IMG/VR virus record: IMGVR_UViG_3300037455_000467
Coordinates: 1-64,000 of that record
Origin: a virus
Lineage: Duplodnaviria > Caudoviricetes
Strand: one strand, 5' to 3'
DNA length: 64,000 bases
The position numbers and the translations under genes are program-made. The notes under the pieces were generated by a model. The model had not been told where the DNA came from and ran no database searches. It saw nothing but the letters and a program-made list of their open reading frames with translations. Positions 19,966 through 29,597 of the stretch are shown here, piece by piece (positions within the stretch are counted from its first letter, which is position 1; the number at the start of each line of letters is the position of its first letter).

Positions 19966-20226
19966 CTATTTACTACGCTTTTTCTTTTTACTATTAAAAT
20001 AGACAAATATAAATGAAGCTATACGATGACTAGCTTCGTAACCAAATGGAATATCATCGCATAAAGCACATGCAAAGTCATATAGATACTTTTTATTAAC
20101 TTTACCATCAGTATCTTTTAGTTCCTCCTGTTGAAATGTTATTAGCCATTGATGGAAATACTCATCTAAATTTTCCGGAATATCGATATGTTTTGGGAAA
20201 GTTTCAGAATAGCTTCTAATTTTCAT
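19966..20226 (-). CDS. Hypothetical protein
   Basis: 86-aa ORF. Confidence 0.6.
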   Translation of the reverse strand: MKIRSYSETFPKHIDIPENLDEYFHQWLITFQQEELKDTDGKVNKKYLYDFACALCDDIPFGYEASHRIASFIFVYFNSKKKKRSK

Positions 20227-20239
20227 AATAAATCACTCT

Positions 20240-20689
20240 CTAAAATATCATAATGTTGGGATTGAACACTAATAAAGAATCACAATCCCATCCGTAAAGA
20301 GCATAGTAAATATCATTTGTACTAATAATCACTTCCATTCCATCGTATCCATCATGTATCATACGCTCGAAATTAAGATTCCACCAAGTATGTCCAGGAC
20401 GTTTAGGCCAATGGTAACGAAGATCATTATCATAAATATCAAGTTGATACAAATCATCATTAGACCAAATTCGAAGAATTTTGGCATCTGGCTCTATATC
20501 AAATATAAATGATTCTTTTAACTTTTCTACTTTATAGTCATTGTTTAAACACCAATCTTTCCAGCAATAATGAGCTTCATCAATTGGAGAAGCCCATAAA
20601 CCACCGAGAGGCTTATTTGTTTCTTGATTAGTAATCATTCCAAACTTATTGATATCAAAATCACTAGAACCATAATGAATATAACTCAT
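20240..20689 (-). CDS. Hypothetical protein, possible ADP-ribosyltransferase-like fold
   Basis: HYG...KPLGGLWASP...GYDGMEV...YGWDCDSLLVFNP. Confidence 0.45.
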   Translation of the reverse strand: MSYIHYGSSDFDINKFGMITNQETNKPLGGLWASPIDEAHYCWKDWCLNNDYKVEKLKESFIFDIEPDAKILRIWSNDDLYQLDIYDNDLRYHWPKRPGHTWWNLNFERMIHDGYDGMEVIISTNDIYYALYGWDCDSLLVFNPNIMIF

Positions 20690-20704
20690 ATAATATTTTC
20701 TTTC

Positions 20705-21052
20705 CTATAATAATGTTAAAACAGTATCTTGATACCATATACGAATTTCATCAAATTCATAATCAACATATTTATCCGCACATTTTTTTATTTCTTTAAG
20801 TAAGAATTTAGTTATATCTGAATCGAACAATGCAATTTCACTTGGATGGCCTACAGTATAAATAGACATAAATTGATTAGTTTTTCTAGTAGGATTAGTT
20901 CTCAGATATCTAATAATTTTTTCATCAAAGAACCATGAAAAATTAGTTGAAAATAATGCTGTTATTACTGCTTCTTTATACTGTCTTTCATGTTCATATT
21001 TTGATTTAATTAAATCACTATCGATTGTATATAGAAATTCTATATGGTTCAT
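20705..21052 (-). CDS. Hypothetical protein
   Basis: 115-aa ORF. Confidence 0.55.
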   Translation of the reverse strand: MNHIEFLYTIDSDLIKSKYEHERQYKEAVITALFSTNFSWFFDEKIIRYLRTNPTRKTNQFMSIYTVGHPSEIALFDSDITKFLLKEIKKCADKYVDYEFDEIRIWYQDTVLTLL

Positions 21053-21065
21053 TTTATTACTTTCC

Positions 21066-21356
21066 TTAATAACAATCTAATCCAACAATATAATTTGATA
21101 ATACTGGTTCTCTACGTAAGCATGTTATGATATCTTGTCCAATATATATTGCTGTACTACTAAGTTTTATTTTCAATTCATATAAATTATAGTTTACATT
21201 TAATGTAAAATTTTCAAAACCAATATCATTATTCTTATAATGCCACTTAAAATTTTCTTTTACTTTTTCAACAATATAATAATGAACGAATGGTAATATA
21301 TGTTCATTCATCAATTCATCGTCTTTTCTTAGACGGATTAAAACGTTTTGTGCCAT
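21066..21356 (-). CDS. Hypothetical protein
   Basis: 96-aa ORF. Confidence 0.55.
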   Translation of the reverse strand: MAQNVLIRLRKDDELMNEHILPFVHYYIVEKVKENFKWHYKNNDIGFENFTLNVNYNLYELKIKLSSTAIYIGQDIITCLRREPVLSNYIVGLDCY

Positions 21357-21365
21357 TTTGTTATC

Positions 21366-21884
21366 CTAATCTAAATTTAAATCTCTTTCAAATATAACTT
21401 GCTCACAATGAGCAATTTCTGTTAAACCTGTTTGATTTATTAAACTAATACATAAAGTATTTGCTTGTTTTATCCAATTAGTAATAGTATCAGCAATAAC
21501 TCTATCGTTACCAAGATTAAGATTTCTAGCTGTTCTTAACTCATCAATAGCTTTCTGTAAATATGCTACTTGACGTAAAGATGTTAATGTTCCAAAATTA
21601 ACTTCCTTTACCCACCAACCATAATCTTCATCAATATTATCACCCATATATTGTCGCATTATTTCTAATGCTTCAAACATTGTTTTCTTACCAATAATGA
21701 TACAATAATCTGGATCTTGACCCTTAGTATATCCAATGTATTCTTTTACAATAGTTTTAGATATAGCTATACTACAATCGCGTAGATATCCAATTAATTC
21801 TTGACAAAGAAACATACTTTCTGTATAATCAGTTGAATTATTAAATTCTTCAATTTTCTTTATAATGTCTTTATCAATTTTCAT
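21366..21884 (-). CDS. Hypothetical protein
   Basis: 172-aa ORF. Confidence 0.6.
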   Translation of the reverse strand: MKIDKDIIKKIEEFNNSTDYTESMFLCQELIGYLRDCSIAISKTIVKEYIGYTKGQDPDYCIIIGKKTMFEALEIMRQYMGDNIDEDYGWWVKEVNFGTLTSLRQVAYLQKAIDELRTARNLNLGNDRVIADTITNWIKQANTLCISLINQTGLTEIAHCEQVIFERDLNLD

Positions 21885-21897
21885 AAAATATCACATC

Positions 21898-22155
21898 CTA
21901 TGAATACCATTTATATGTGTTATTAAATGCACTTACGAGATATGGATAACCTAATCCTATAAGTAATTTACATAAATATTCATCCATATAAATATGCTTA
22001 AATTCAGTATTATCGCCAGTTATTTTATCAATAGTTTTAAGATCAATATATGCTTCGGAATCTGTAGGCATTTCTTCATTGAAATCTATTTGTATATGAT
22101 AGTCATCGACATATTTAATAGTAACCGCCATAATTATAAACCTTACTAATACCAT
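21898..22155 (-). CDS. Hypothetical protein
   Basis: 85-aa ORF. Confidence 0.55.
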   Translation of the reverse strand: MVLVRFIIMAVTIKYVDDYHIQIDFNEEMPTDSEAYIDLKTIDKITGDNTEFKHIYMDEYLCKLLIGLGYPYLVSAFNNTYKWYS

Positions 22156-22321
22156 TTTGGAATTTTACGGTAATTCTTAATACCCTTAGAATATCCAAGC
22201 GTTACACATAAATAGTCATCTAAAAGAAAATGCTGCATTTCTTGATCATTATTCCAATCATCAATAATAGCTTTAATCTGCTGATTAAACTCTTTTGGAG
22301 TCGGTGCATTATTCTTTTTAC

Positions 22322-22588
22322 TCATATTGAATCCAATACTGGTAATCCATGTAACCTAACAACTTCTCTAGCCCATAACATACCTTCATGTAAACTTCGC
22401 ATAGCATTTTCTTTTTCCTTACAATCTGGAAAATGATCATTTATTAATAACATTGCTCCAAACATATTAGTCTCTAATTCCTTAAATACAGCCTGCTCAT
22501 CATCAGATAATTTTCTATCTTTAGAATATACATAAGATCTTTTTAATACATCATCTACAGTCATAACTACTCCAATGTTTTTAAACAT
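22322..22588 (-). CDS. Acb2/Tad1-like helical-hairpin protein (possible nucleotide-signal sponge)
   Basis: C-terminal LINDHFPDCKEKENAMRSLHEGMLWAREVVRLH resembles the P-x-x-R/K-E-K-x-x-A-x-x-x-L-x-E-x-x-x-W-A pattern as I recall it for this family. Confidence 0.45.
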   Translation of the reverse strand: MFKNIGVVMTVDDVLKRSYVYSKDRKLSDDEQAVFKELETNMFGAMLLINDHFPDCKEKENAMRSLHEGMLWAREVVRLHGLPVLDSI

Positions 22589-22604
22589 CTAACACTAATA
22601 CATA

Positions 22605-22910
22605 TTAGCTAGATTCTTCATCCCAATATCCTTCATTATTTAATAATTCTAAATATTTGGATAACATGTTAGCAATAGCATCTGGACTTTTAAGTCTATA
22701 AGTATTGGATTTTACTCGAAGTCTAGGCTCTTCTCGTTTGTCACATAATATAAGTTTACCATGAATTCTGCACTCAATATAATAATTATCTGCTAAAAGT
22801 TGTCGTCTTTCACCAATAGCTGCTCGATCATTTACTTTATAAGAATATAACAATCTATAGCAACAATCAATAAAATCATGAGATATAGTTTTAGGATCAT
22901 AATGCGACAT
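22605..22910 (-). CDS. Hypothetical protein
   Basis: 101-aa ORF. Confidence 0.55.
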   Translation of the reverse strand: MSHYDPKTISHDFIDCCYRLLYSYKVNDRAAIGERRQLLADNYYIECRIHGKLILCDKREEPRLRVKSNTYRLKSPDAIANMLSKYLELLNNEGYWDEESS

Positions 22911-23248
22911 TATTTACATCCTTTACAATGTTTAAAAACGTTAAGTCTATTTTCTGTTTCTTTAATACTTGCATAATTTGATAAATATAACAAGCATTGT
23001 CCTGCAATAGCTGCTGCGTCAGACCAGTTTAGGCCGTCCATGTGTTTTCTTAATTCTGGAATTTCTTCTGGATTTACCAATAATGCTGGATCAATAAATT
23101 TATCTTCATCAACAGTTTGGTTGTATAAATATGTAGAATATAATAGAATCCCAAGATATGCTTGATATTCAGTAATATTTTCACAAGGCATTATTTCTCC
23201 AATAATCTCTTTCTTTTTTCCACTTTTCTTCGTATGTAATTTTAGCAT
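22910..23248 (-). CDS. Hypothetical protein
   Basis: 112-aa ORF abutting its neighbour. Confidence 0.55.
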   Translation of the reverse strand: MLKLHTKKSGKKKEIIGEIMPCENITEYQAYLGILLYSTYLYNQTVDEDKFIDPALLVNPEEIPELRKHMDGLNWSDAAAIAGQCLLYLSNYASIKETENRLNVFKHCKGCK

Positions 23249-23408
23249 CTAATAACCATAATATTATACTAATAGCCAATAATATACAAACCCAATCAAT
23301 ATCTCCGTAATTAGATACTCTATATAGTATCATATATAAATCTATTCCACTTATAAAACCAAGTAGATATGGTTTGAACCAAAGTTTCATAATGTTTATA
23401 CCAATCAT
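23181..23408 (-). CDS. Small membrane protein
   Basis: 75 aa, two hydrophobic segments. Confidence 0.5.
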   Translation of the reverse strand: MIGINIMKLWFKPYLLGFISGIDLYMILYRVSNYGDIDWVCILLAISIILWLLDAKITYEEKWKKERDYWRNNAL

Positions 23409-23441
23409 ATTATAATAATATAGACAATAAATATTATTTAT

Positions 23442-23720
23442 CTAATATGGATAAAATTCACTAGTAGAGGAATCTACGTGCGCATCTGTTATTTTTATAA
23501 TAGATCCATCTTCAACGTTAAACTTTACTACTCTTGATTCGTATTGTTCAGCCACACCATTAGCCATAAAATCTACAAATTCTGGATATGGAAGCTGCCT
23601 ATAATTTGTACATGCACTAATATAATTGTCTTTATGCGACTCATCGATTTCCATATAGAAAATATCATAATCTTCTAATTTAGATTCTTTGATAAGTTTT
23701 ATAAGATCTTTACCTTTCAT
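23442..23720 (-). CDS. Hypothetical protein
   Basis: 92-aa ORF. Confidence 0.55.
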   Translation of the reverse strand: MKGKDLIKLIKESKLEDYDIFYMEIDESHKDNYISACTNYRQLPYPEFVDFMANGVAEQYESRVVKFNVEDGSIIKITDAHVDSSTSEFYPY

Positions 23721-23913
23721 AATTTAACCATCTTCTAGCATAATCAAGTTCATTATAAAGTCTCTCGGCACAAGAATGACAAATATCATAGTTAAATGCA
23801 GGTTTCTTACCTTTATTATAGACCGCAGTTTCGATCTTGCACGTTAGTGAATATAAACTATTCTCATTTGGAATTATCTGCTTACACAAATCGCACGCTA
23901 TTAATCTAGCCAT
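23710..23913 (-). CDS. Small C4 zinc-finger protein
   Basis: CDLC...YDICHSC. Confidence 0.6.
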   Translation of the reverse strand: MARLIACDLCKQIIPNENSLYSLTCKIETAVYNKGKKPAFNYDICHSCAERLYNELDYARRWLNYER

Positions 23914-23941
23914 GTCAATCCTTTTTTCATGTTACTCTCTT

Positions 23942-24154
23942 TTAAAAATGAATATTTCTTAATTTATCATAAATTTCAGCTTCAACTCTAGCACAATCTT
24001 CAAAAGTTCTAACCTCATCAATCGAGTTTTCTTGTTTTCGATTATTTACATGATTTATAAGATCTAAAATATCTGAAGCTTTTTCATTTCCTTCTTCTTT
24101 AGCTTTTTGTAATGCATACAGCATCATGTAGAAACAGTCTATATTAATACTCAT
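23942..24154 (-). CDS. Hypothetical protein
   Basis: 70-aa ORF. Confidence 0.5.
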   Translation of the reverse strand: MSINIDCFYMMLYALQKAKEEGNEKASDILDLINHVNNRKQENSIDEVRTFEDCARVEAEIYDKLRNIHF

Positions 24155-24185
24155 TATTTATGCACCATTTCTAAAAATATAAAGG

Positions 24186-24266
<81 letters not shown>

Positions 24267-24284
24267 TAAACATGTCAACATTAA

Positions 24285-24803
24285 TTATTCTTTTTCATTA
24301 TCAGTATCTATGACAGTATAACTCATCGGAAAACGTTTATAGTTATTAATAATTTCTTTTAAATCATAATTAGTAGTTGCAAGAGCAATATGTCTAATAG
24401 CAGAATTATAAAATGATTTTATTTCATTTTCGTAATTATTTTTAGCACCTATATAAGCATACCAATTTTTATCAATCGGATCGATTGCCAATCTGCTAGA
24501 AAGTCGTTTTAACCATTCTTCTTTTAATTCTAATATAGGATGAATTGTTACAATATCAAAATCTTTACTTGGTAAATACATTTCAAATTCATTTCTAACA
24601 TCTTTGTGAGAACTTACGCATACAATATATCCTTGTTTAGCTAAATCTATTGCTATTTTGCAATATATTATATGCCAATATATCACTCTTTCATTATTAA
24701 TTTTAAAATTACTACTTTCTAAGTCAATAATTTTATCATTATTTTTACTGATTGATGACTTACCGATTCCTTGATATCCAATCACTATAAGACCTTTAGT
24801 CAT
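24285..24803 (-). CDS. P-loop NTPase / nucleotide-kinase-like protein
   Basis: N-terminal IVIGYQGIGKSS Walker A, then IIDLESS. Confidence 0.7.
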   Translation of the reverse strand: MTKGLIVIGYQGIGKSSISKNNDKIIDLESSNFKINNERVIYWHIIYCKIAIDLAKQGYIVCVSSHKDVRNEFEMYLPSKDFDIVTIHPILELKEEWLKRLSSRLAIDPIDKNWYAYIGAKNNYENEIKSFYNSAIRHIALATTNYDLKEIINNYKRFPMSYTVIDTDNEKE

Positions 24804-24871
24804 TATATTCTCCTTTTAAGGCAATTAATCAATTTCTTCAATTTTTCACCATAAAAGCTTTAAAATATCAA

Positions 24872-25063
24872 TTAAATTTTTATTGTACCACGTTGTTGAT
24901 AATATAATGTATCAATATTAAGTACAAATATTGAAGTATCATCATATTCTGTTTTATCTTCGTCATTTCTAAATATAAGACTATTAGTATCCGGATCAAA
25001 AGATACTGTATAATCTTCTAAATCTTTATGTCTAATAATATAATCAAGTTGATAACCAGTCAT
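24872..25063 (-). CDS. Hypothetical protein
   Basis: 63-aa ORF. Confidence 0.5.
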   Translation of the reverse strand: MTGYQLDYIIRHKDLEDYTVSFDPDTNSLIFRNDEDKTEYDDTSIFVLNIDTLYYQQRGTIKI

Positions 25064-25102
25064 ACGTATTCCTTATTAAAAATCATGCTTTCTAAAATAT
25101 AA

Positions 25103-25438
25103 TTACAAATTATTTATTAAAGCCTGCTTTATAAAGTGCTTATTTCTAGTAACAAAACAACTTGTATACCCAGAAAAGTAATGTGATATTAACAAATTAG
25201 CATTCGATTCAGATAGTTTATTTGAATATATTAAAATATGTACTATATATAAATCCTTTTCTTCATTACTATTTTTATCAATAATGCTCCATACATGTTC
25301 CGGATCAATGTTAATAAATTTTGATAGATCAATTCTAAATTTACCAAGTTGATTTATCATATAGTTCATTGCAGATAAGAAATTATTATATATAAATGAA
25401 ATCAAAATCCGATCAGTATAATCCATATTAATCCTCAA
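25103..25438 (-). CDS. Hypothetical protein
   Basis: 111-aa ORF. Confidence 0.55.
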   Translation of the reverse strand: MRINMDYTDRILISFIYNNFLSAMNYMINQLGKFRIDLSKFINIDPEHVWSIIDKNSNEEKDLYIVHILIYSNKLSESNANLLISHYFSGYTSCFVTRNKHFIKQALINNL

Positions 25439-25760
25439 AATCTTTTACATGATCTTTTTCGATTTCCTTACACATTTCTAACATTTTTATACATCCATGA
25501 ACCGCTCCTAAATCAAACTCATGTTGTATTTTCTTCGACATACTATTAATTCCATTAGAATAATGATAAAAAGCATATAACGTCTGCCATAATGCTGTAC
25601 ATTCCGGACCAATTGAAGTGTTAGATTTAATCATATAAGTTAATGACTTTATAAAATTTTCTAAAGTTTCTTTAGGAATTTTAACCTTAGATTTAATACA
25701 TTTATTAATTTCTTTGGCGCAATGTTCATTAATAATTTTATCTATTTCATTAGATAACAT
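25428..25760 (-). CDS. Hypothetical protein
   Basis: 110-aa ORF. Confidence 0.55.
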   Translation of the reverse strand: MLSNEIDKIINEHCAKEINKCIKSKVKIPKETLENFIKSLTYMIKSNTSIGPECTALWQTLYAFYHYSNGINSMSKKIQHEFDLGAVHGCIKMLEMCKEIEKDHVKDFED

Positions 25761-25774
25761 ATTTATATACTCGA

Positions 25775-26056
25775 TTAATCAAACGGAACTTCACTTATAG
25801 CAATAAACATATCAGCATCCATGTCACGATAATCAGTATAATCTACTTTATGATTATCATACTTATTATCCCATGTATCTTTAAAAGACTCTCTATATTG
25901 TTTTTTAATCCATTCTTTTGTATATTTATGATCTGTTAATTCATATACCTTATCAGTAGCAAAATCTATAGCAGTTTCTAAAGAAGTAAATATATGATCA
26001 AATCCAATTATAGATGCATGATAATCACTTCTATAAACAATGTATGCTTTTGACAT
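25775..26056 (-). CDS. Hypothetical protein
   Basis: 93-aa ORF. Confidence 0.55.
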   Translation of the reverse strand: MSKAYIVYRSDYHASIIGFDHIFTSLETAIDFATDKVYELTDHKYTKEWIKKQYRESFKDTWDNKYDNHKVDYTDYRDMDADMFIAISEVPFD

Positions 26057-26241
26057 TATAAATTCTCCATATTATTTGCTGCTTCATAAATTTTGTTAAT
26101 TATTTTAACGCAAGGTTCAATTTCTTCAAAAAGCGTAGAATAAAAGTCCCATCCTTTATTCCAAGCATAATCATCTAATAAATCTTCAGTTTTACTTAAT
26201 GCTTTTAATTCTTCTTCAGAAATATCAATAGTTACTTTCAT
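26056..26241 (-). CDS. Hypothetical protein
   Basis: 61-aa ORF abutting neighbours. Confidence 0.55.
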   Translation of the reverse strand: MKVTIDISEEELKALSKTEDLLDDYAWNKGWDFYSTLFEEIEPCVKIINKIYEAANNMENL

Positions 26242-26243
26242 TA

Positions 26244-26576
26244 TTATGCCATCATTTCTAATTTATTTGCTATATCAATTTCAACATCATACGGTACTCT
26301 TAGAATATTAACTTTCCCTTTACAATGAGACGATTCTATTAATCGAATAACTGTAGATAAATCGCTTTCCATAAATCCATGCGAATTTTCTATTTGTATA
26401 AAATATATCATTCCATATGTTTTTTCATTATCATCTACTTGTATTTTACTTCTTAAAAGTTTAACTTCAAATAATTCTTCAAGTTCATGCATGAATTTAC
26501 CGTTATATGATGTTATGTATTCTTCTAATTCGTTGAATGAATCGAAAACTATTTTCAATAAATATGCAATTGTCAT
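26244..26576 (-). CDS. Hypothetical protein
   Basis: 110-aa ORF. Confidence 0.55.
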   Translation of the reverse strand: MTIAYLLKIVFDSFNELEEYITSYNGKFMHELEELFEVKLLRSKIQVDDNEKTYGMIYFIQIENSHGFMESDLSTVIRLIESSHCKGKVNILRVPYDVEIDIANKLEMMA

Positions 26577-26603
26577 TATTACTCCAAAACATCTAACTCT
26601 AAT

Positions 26604-27053
26604 TTAAGCATTTCTTACCGCCATTGAAATATCTTTAATTTCTATAATCATTTCAGTATACTTATGATCATATGTATCACGACAAATAGTTCTAACCGGA
26701 AATATATAATTGTTATGAACTTCATGCCAATAACCATTATAATAAAATTTTGTAATATTATCACAATTAAAATCATGTGGAATGTAATATAATTCTGTAG
26801 CACTACCAGCTATGTTAATACCTAATGCATTTCCTAATAATTTATGTCCTTGTTTTATAATCTTTAAATTCATGCATGTAGCAATAAAACTCATTGGTGG
26901 AGCATAAATATAAGTAGCACCTCCATAAATGGATACTAAAATATACTCATCACCCATCCACTCATATTGAAGCATCCATATAACTTCGTCATCTAAATCT
27001 TCTCTTATATTAACTGCAAATAACTCACCCATTGCATTTTTAACAGTAAGCAT
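26604..27053 (-). CDS. Hypothetical protein
   Basis: 149-aa ORF. Confidence 0.55.
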   Translation of the reverse strand: MLTVKNAMGELFAVNIREDLDDEVIWMLQYEWMGDEYILVSIYGGATYIYAPPMSFIATCMNLKIIKQGHKLLGNALGINIAGSATELYYIPHDFNCDNITKFYYNGYWHEVHNNYIFPVRTICRDTYDHKYTEMIIEIKDISMAVRNA

Positions 27054-27066
27054 GCGTTAGCTCTTT

Positions 27067-27276
27067 CTAAAATTTATAAATGTCATCACTTTTGGACTGT
27101 TCTTCCCATTCTATAGCATCAATCTCGCCGTGATCTATAATTTCGTTCAAATTCACCAAACCACAATAATATTTTATATAATATGGATTTGTAAGACAAT
27201 CATTTACTTCAACACACATAGCACATTTCCTGCCCATACATTTTCGTCTAATAAGAGGACAAAATTTCTTCGCCAT
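27067..27276 (-). CDS. Cys-rich small protein
   Basis: FCPLIRRKCMGRKCAMC...YCGL. Confidence 0.6.
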   Translation of the reverse strand: MAKKFCPLIRRKCMGRKCAMCVEVNDCLTNPYYIKYYCGLVNLNEIIDHGEIDAIEWEEQSKSDDIYKF

Positions 27277-27288
27277 AAAATATAAACC

Positions 27289-27528
27289 TCATACTTTTTG
27301 CGTGAGTTCACGTTCAATCATGTCGCCATTTGAATCGAACTTTATTTTAAGTGTCTTATTCTTATCATTAATATATAAATTCATTTGAAAAGCAGTAGAA
27401 CTATTATAATAATGTTCATAATCAGGAGCACATGCTTCAAATTCTAAATTAATTGTAGAATTTTCTGATAATTCAAATTCTTTAACAAGTTCATCAATTT
27501 GCTTGACTGTTATAGGGTTTCTCTTCAT
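27289..27528 (-). CDS. Hypothetical protein
   Basis: 79-aa ORF. Confidence 0.55.
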   Translation of the reverse strand: MKRNPITVKQIDELVKEFELSENSTINLEFEACAPDYEHYYNSSTAFQMNLYINDKNKTLKIKFDSNGDMIERELTQKV

Positions 27529-27709
27529 TTAAATACCTTCTCATAGTTCTAACATTCGTATGCTGATCTGGAAATTTATAAATAGGACAATTTAGACAAG
27601 TATTGTCTTTCATTTGACCAACTTTACACTTAGGCTTAAAATATAAACCATGCTCTCTACAAATCTCTTCCTCATACCATGGACAATTATAATCTAAATA
27701 TTTACTCAT
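27494..27709 (-). CDS. Cys-rich small protein
   Basis: 71 aa with five Cys. Confidence 0.5.
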   Translation of the reverse strand: MSKYLDYNCPWYEEEICREHGLYFKPKCKVGQMKDNTCLNCPIYKFPDQHTNVRTMRRYLNEEKPYNSQAN

Positions 27710-28122
27710 TCTACGTTCCCGTTAAAATATAATGGATTACTATGATCTATCAAATATATGTACTTAGCTAATAATCTATTAGCAAATGTATCGAAAGAAA
27801 TATCCTGATATGCAACATAAGTTAACCAAGTAGAACTCTCATGCGCACAATCGCGAATTTCAATTCTATACTTAGTTTTCTTTAGATAAAACTTATCATC
27901 TTCTGGAATTTTAGCAATGTCAGCATCTTTGTAACTAATTAAGTACCGTAATGCAGAATATAAATTGTCTTTTAATTTACCAATATTAAAATATTGTTTA
28001 GTATGAATATCATACTTCCTTGTAATTACATCCATGATAAAATCTTGAAGTTCTATAACAGATGTATATGAATCTACGCTGCCAGTTTCATCTCGCATTT
28101 TAAAATCCTTTCTAAACTCCAA
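27706..28122 (-). CDS. Hypothetical protein
   Basis: 138-aa ORF. Confidence 0.55.
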   Translation of the reverse strand: MEFRKDFKMRDETGSVDSYTSVIELQDFIMDVITRKYDIHTKQYFNIGKLKDNLYSALRYLISYKDADIAKIPEDDKFYLKKTKYRIEIRDCAHESSTWLTYVAYQDISFDTFANRLLAKYIYLIDHSNPLYFNGNVE

Positions 28123-28396
28123 ATATCATTCTAAAAAATCTAAATATAAATGGATGTCGTTTAATGTTATATAACATTTGATGATTAAGCTCTAAATTAA
28201 CAGTTTCAAAATTTCCAGTATCAATAATCCAATCAGAAACAATAAATAAATCTTGCCAAAATAAACTAAATTTACAATATTCTTCTAATTGAGTACCATT
28301 ATGATATCTGTCATATAATGCTTCGTCAAGCATTTCTAATCGATCAATATCAAACTTTGCCATATAAATCTCCAAAAATATAAAACATTCTTTCAC
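28112..28396 (-). CDS. Hypothetical protein
   Basis: 94-aa ORF. Confidence 0.5.
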   Translation of the reverse strand: MKECFIFLEIYMAKFDIDRLEMLDEALYDRYHNGTQLEEYCKFSLFWQDLFIVSDWIIDTGNFETVNLELNHQMLYNIKRHPFIFRFFRMIFGV

Positions 28397-28629
28397 ATTG
28401 TTAAAAAGTTCTTTATTTGTTAACGACTTCGTTTACTTTTTAACATCTTCATTTTCTACCCTTTAAATCGAACAATATTAAATCTTCTTTTGATGGTTTG
28501 TATTTTTTCATTTCTTTTAGAAAATCAGATAATTTTTGTTTAGTATTATTTAAATGAATTATTTCATAGTTATTCAAATTAAATTTTTCAATTTTATCAT
28601 TCATAAAAACCTTTTTCAAAATATAAATG

Positions 28630-28702
28630 TGGGCCCTATGGGAATCGAACCCATGACCTTGAGATTAAAAGTCTCCTGCTCTACCAACTGAGCTAAGGGC
28701 CC
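28630..28702 (-). tRNA. tRNA-Lys(TTT)
   Basis: GGGCCCT/AGGGCCC acceptor, TAGCTCAGTTGGTAGAGC D arm, GGAGA-CT-TTT-AA-TCTC anticodon arm, GGGTTCGATTCCC T arm; 73 nt. Confidence 0.95.
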
Positions 28703-28896
28703 AATACAAACAAATATCAGCTATTTATAGTCTGACACTTGTCTTGTATACTATTATCCACAGATGTTAATACTGTTGGAATATCAAACAAAATAGCTAA
28801 TCCTCTCGCAAAAGTATCCATGTCTTCTTGTTGTATAGGACCAGAGGAATTTTCATCCAACCTAATGTGAGAAATATAACGCGTATCGCTCATCAT

Positions 28897-29133
28897 TTAA
28901 ATCGCCCTAGCAAAAGTTGCACCATCACAAGCTTTAACAATCTGATCAACTAAATCATAAACTTCAACAAAATCAGTATGAATGTAAAAACAATAAATTC
29001 CATGTCCATACTCTTCAACTTCAGGAAGAATTTTTATATAACTTTTAGAAATCTTTTTAAGATTAGAGAATATCGACTTAATTTCAAGTGCTTTATCTTT
29101 ATTACCAAAAATAGCTCTAATTTCATACATCAT
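28897..29133 (-). CDS. Hypothetical protein
   Basis: 78-aa ORF with AAGGAG RBS. Confidence 0.6.
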   Translation of the reverse strand: MMYEIRAIFGNKDKALEIKSIFSNLKKISKSYIKILPEVEEYGHGIYCFYIHTDFVEVYDLVDQIVKACDGATFARAI

Positions 29134-29164
29134 GTTAATACTCCTTATAAACTTTTTGATAACT

Positions 29165-29350
29165 TTAAAAAGTGATACTAAGCCCCTCCCTCCACTTAGT
29201 ATCGTTATTCAATCGACCATTAAATATCATACAGCAGGTGAAAAGCCGTATCATGCGCCTAGTTGATAAACTTTTATTCGTGTATAGGTTTGACATTAAA
29301 GTCAGAGAAGCAAACCGCATGATAAATAATAGTCATGAATACCCAAAATA
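29165..29350 (-). ncRNA. Candidate structured non-coding RNA ending in a terminator with a G-rich loop
   Basis: TATCATGCG/CGCATGATA long-range stem; 9-bp stem GATACTAAG/CTTAGTATC (29174-29203) followed by TTTTT. Confidence 0.35.
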
Positions 29351-29355
29351 TAAAC

Positions 29356-29583
29356 TTACATCATCTTAAGAAGATGATTGACTGTGCGCATATTCCCTTC
29401 ATATACGCCTTGAGAAATCATTTGTATTGGCACGGCTACACTAATGACAACTAAGGCTCCACAGAATAATGCAGTAGTAATGATAGGATGATCTTCTATT
29501 ACTTTAGAAACTTTGTCTTTCATAATGCAATCCTTTCCGAAAAAATATAAGAGGAGCCAAATCGTCAGTTCCTCTTCCGTCAT
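29356..29583 (-). CDS. Small membrane protein
   Basis: 75 aa, TM segment. Confidence 0.55.
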   Translation of the reverse strand: MTEEELTIWLLLYFFGKDCIMKDKVSKVIEDHPIITTALFCGALVVISVAVPIQMISQGVYEGNMRTVNHLLKMM

Positions 29584-29597
29584 TATAGTAATGGTAA

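Noticed and set aside
27277-27303. Twelfth CGCA promoter-like match (CGCAAAAAGTATGAGGTTTATATT)
   Set aside because: It overlaps a stop codon and RBS, lacks the trailing AG(G), and the ATG is only 2 nt after the box; probably chance.
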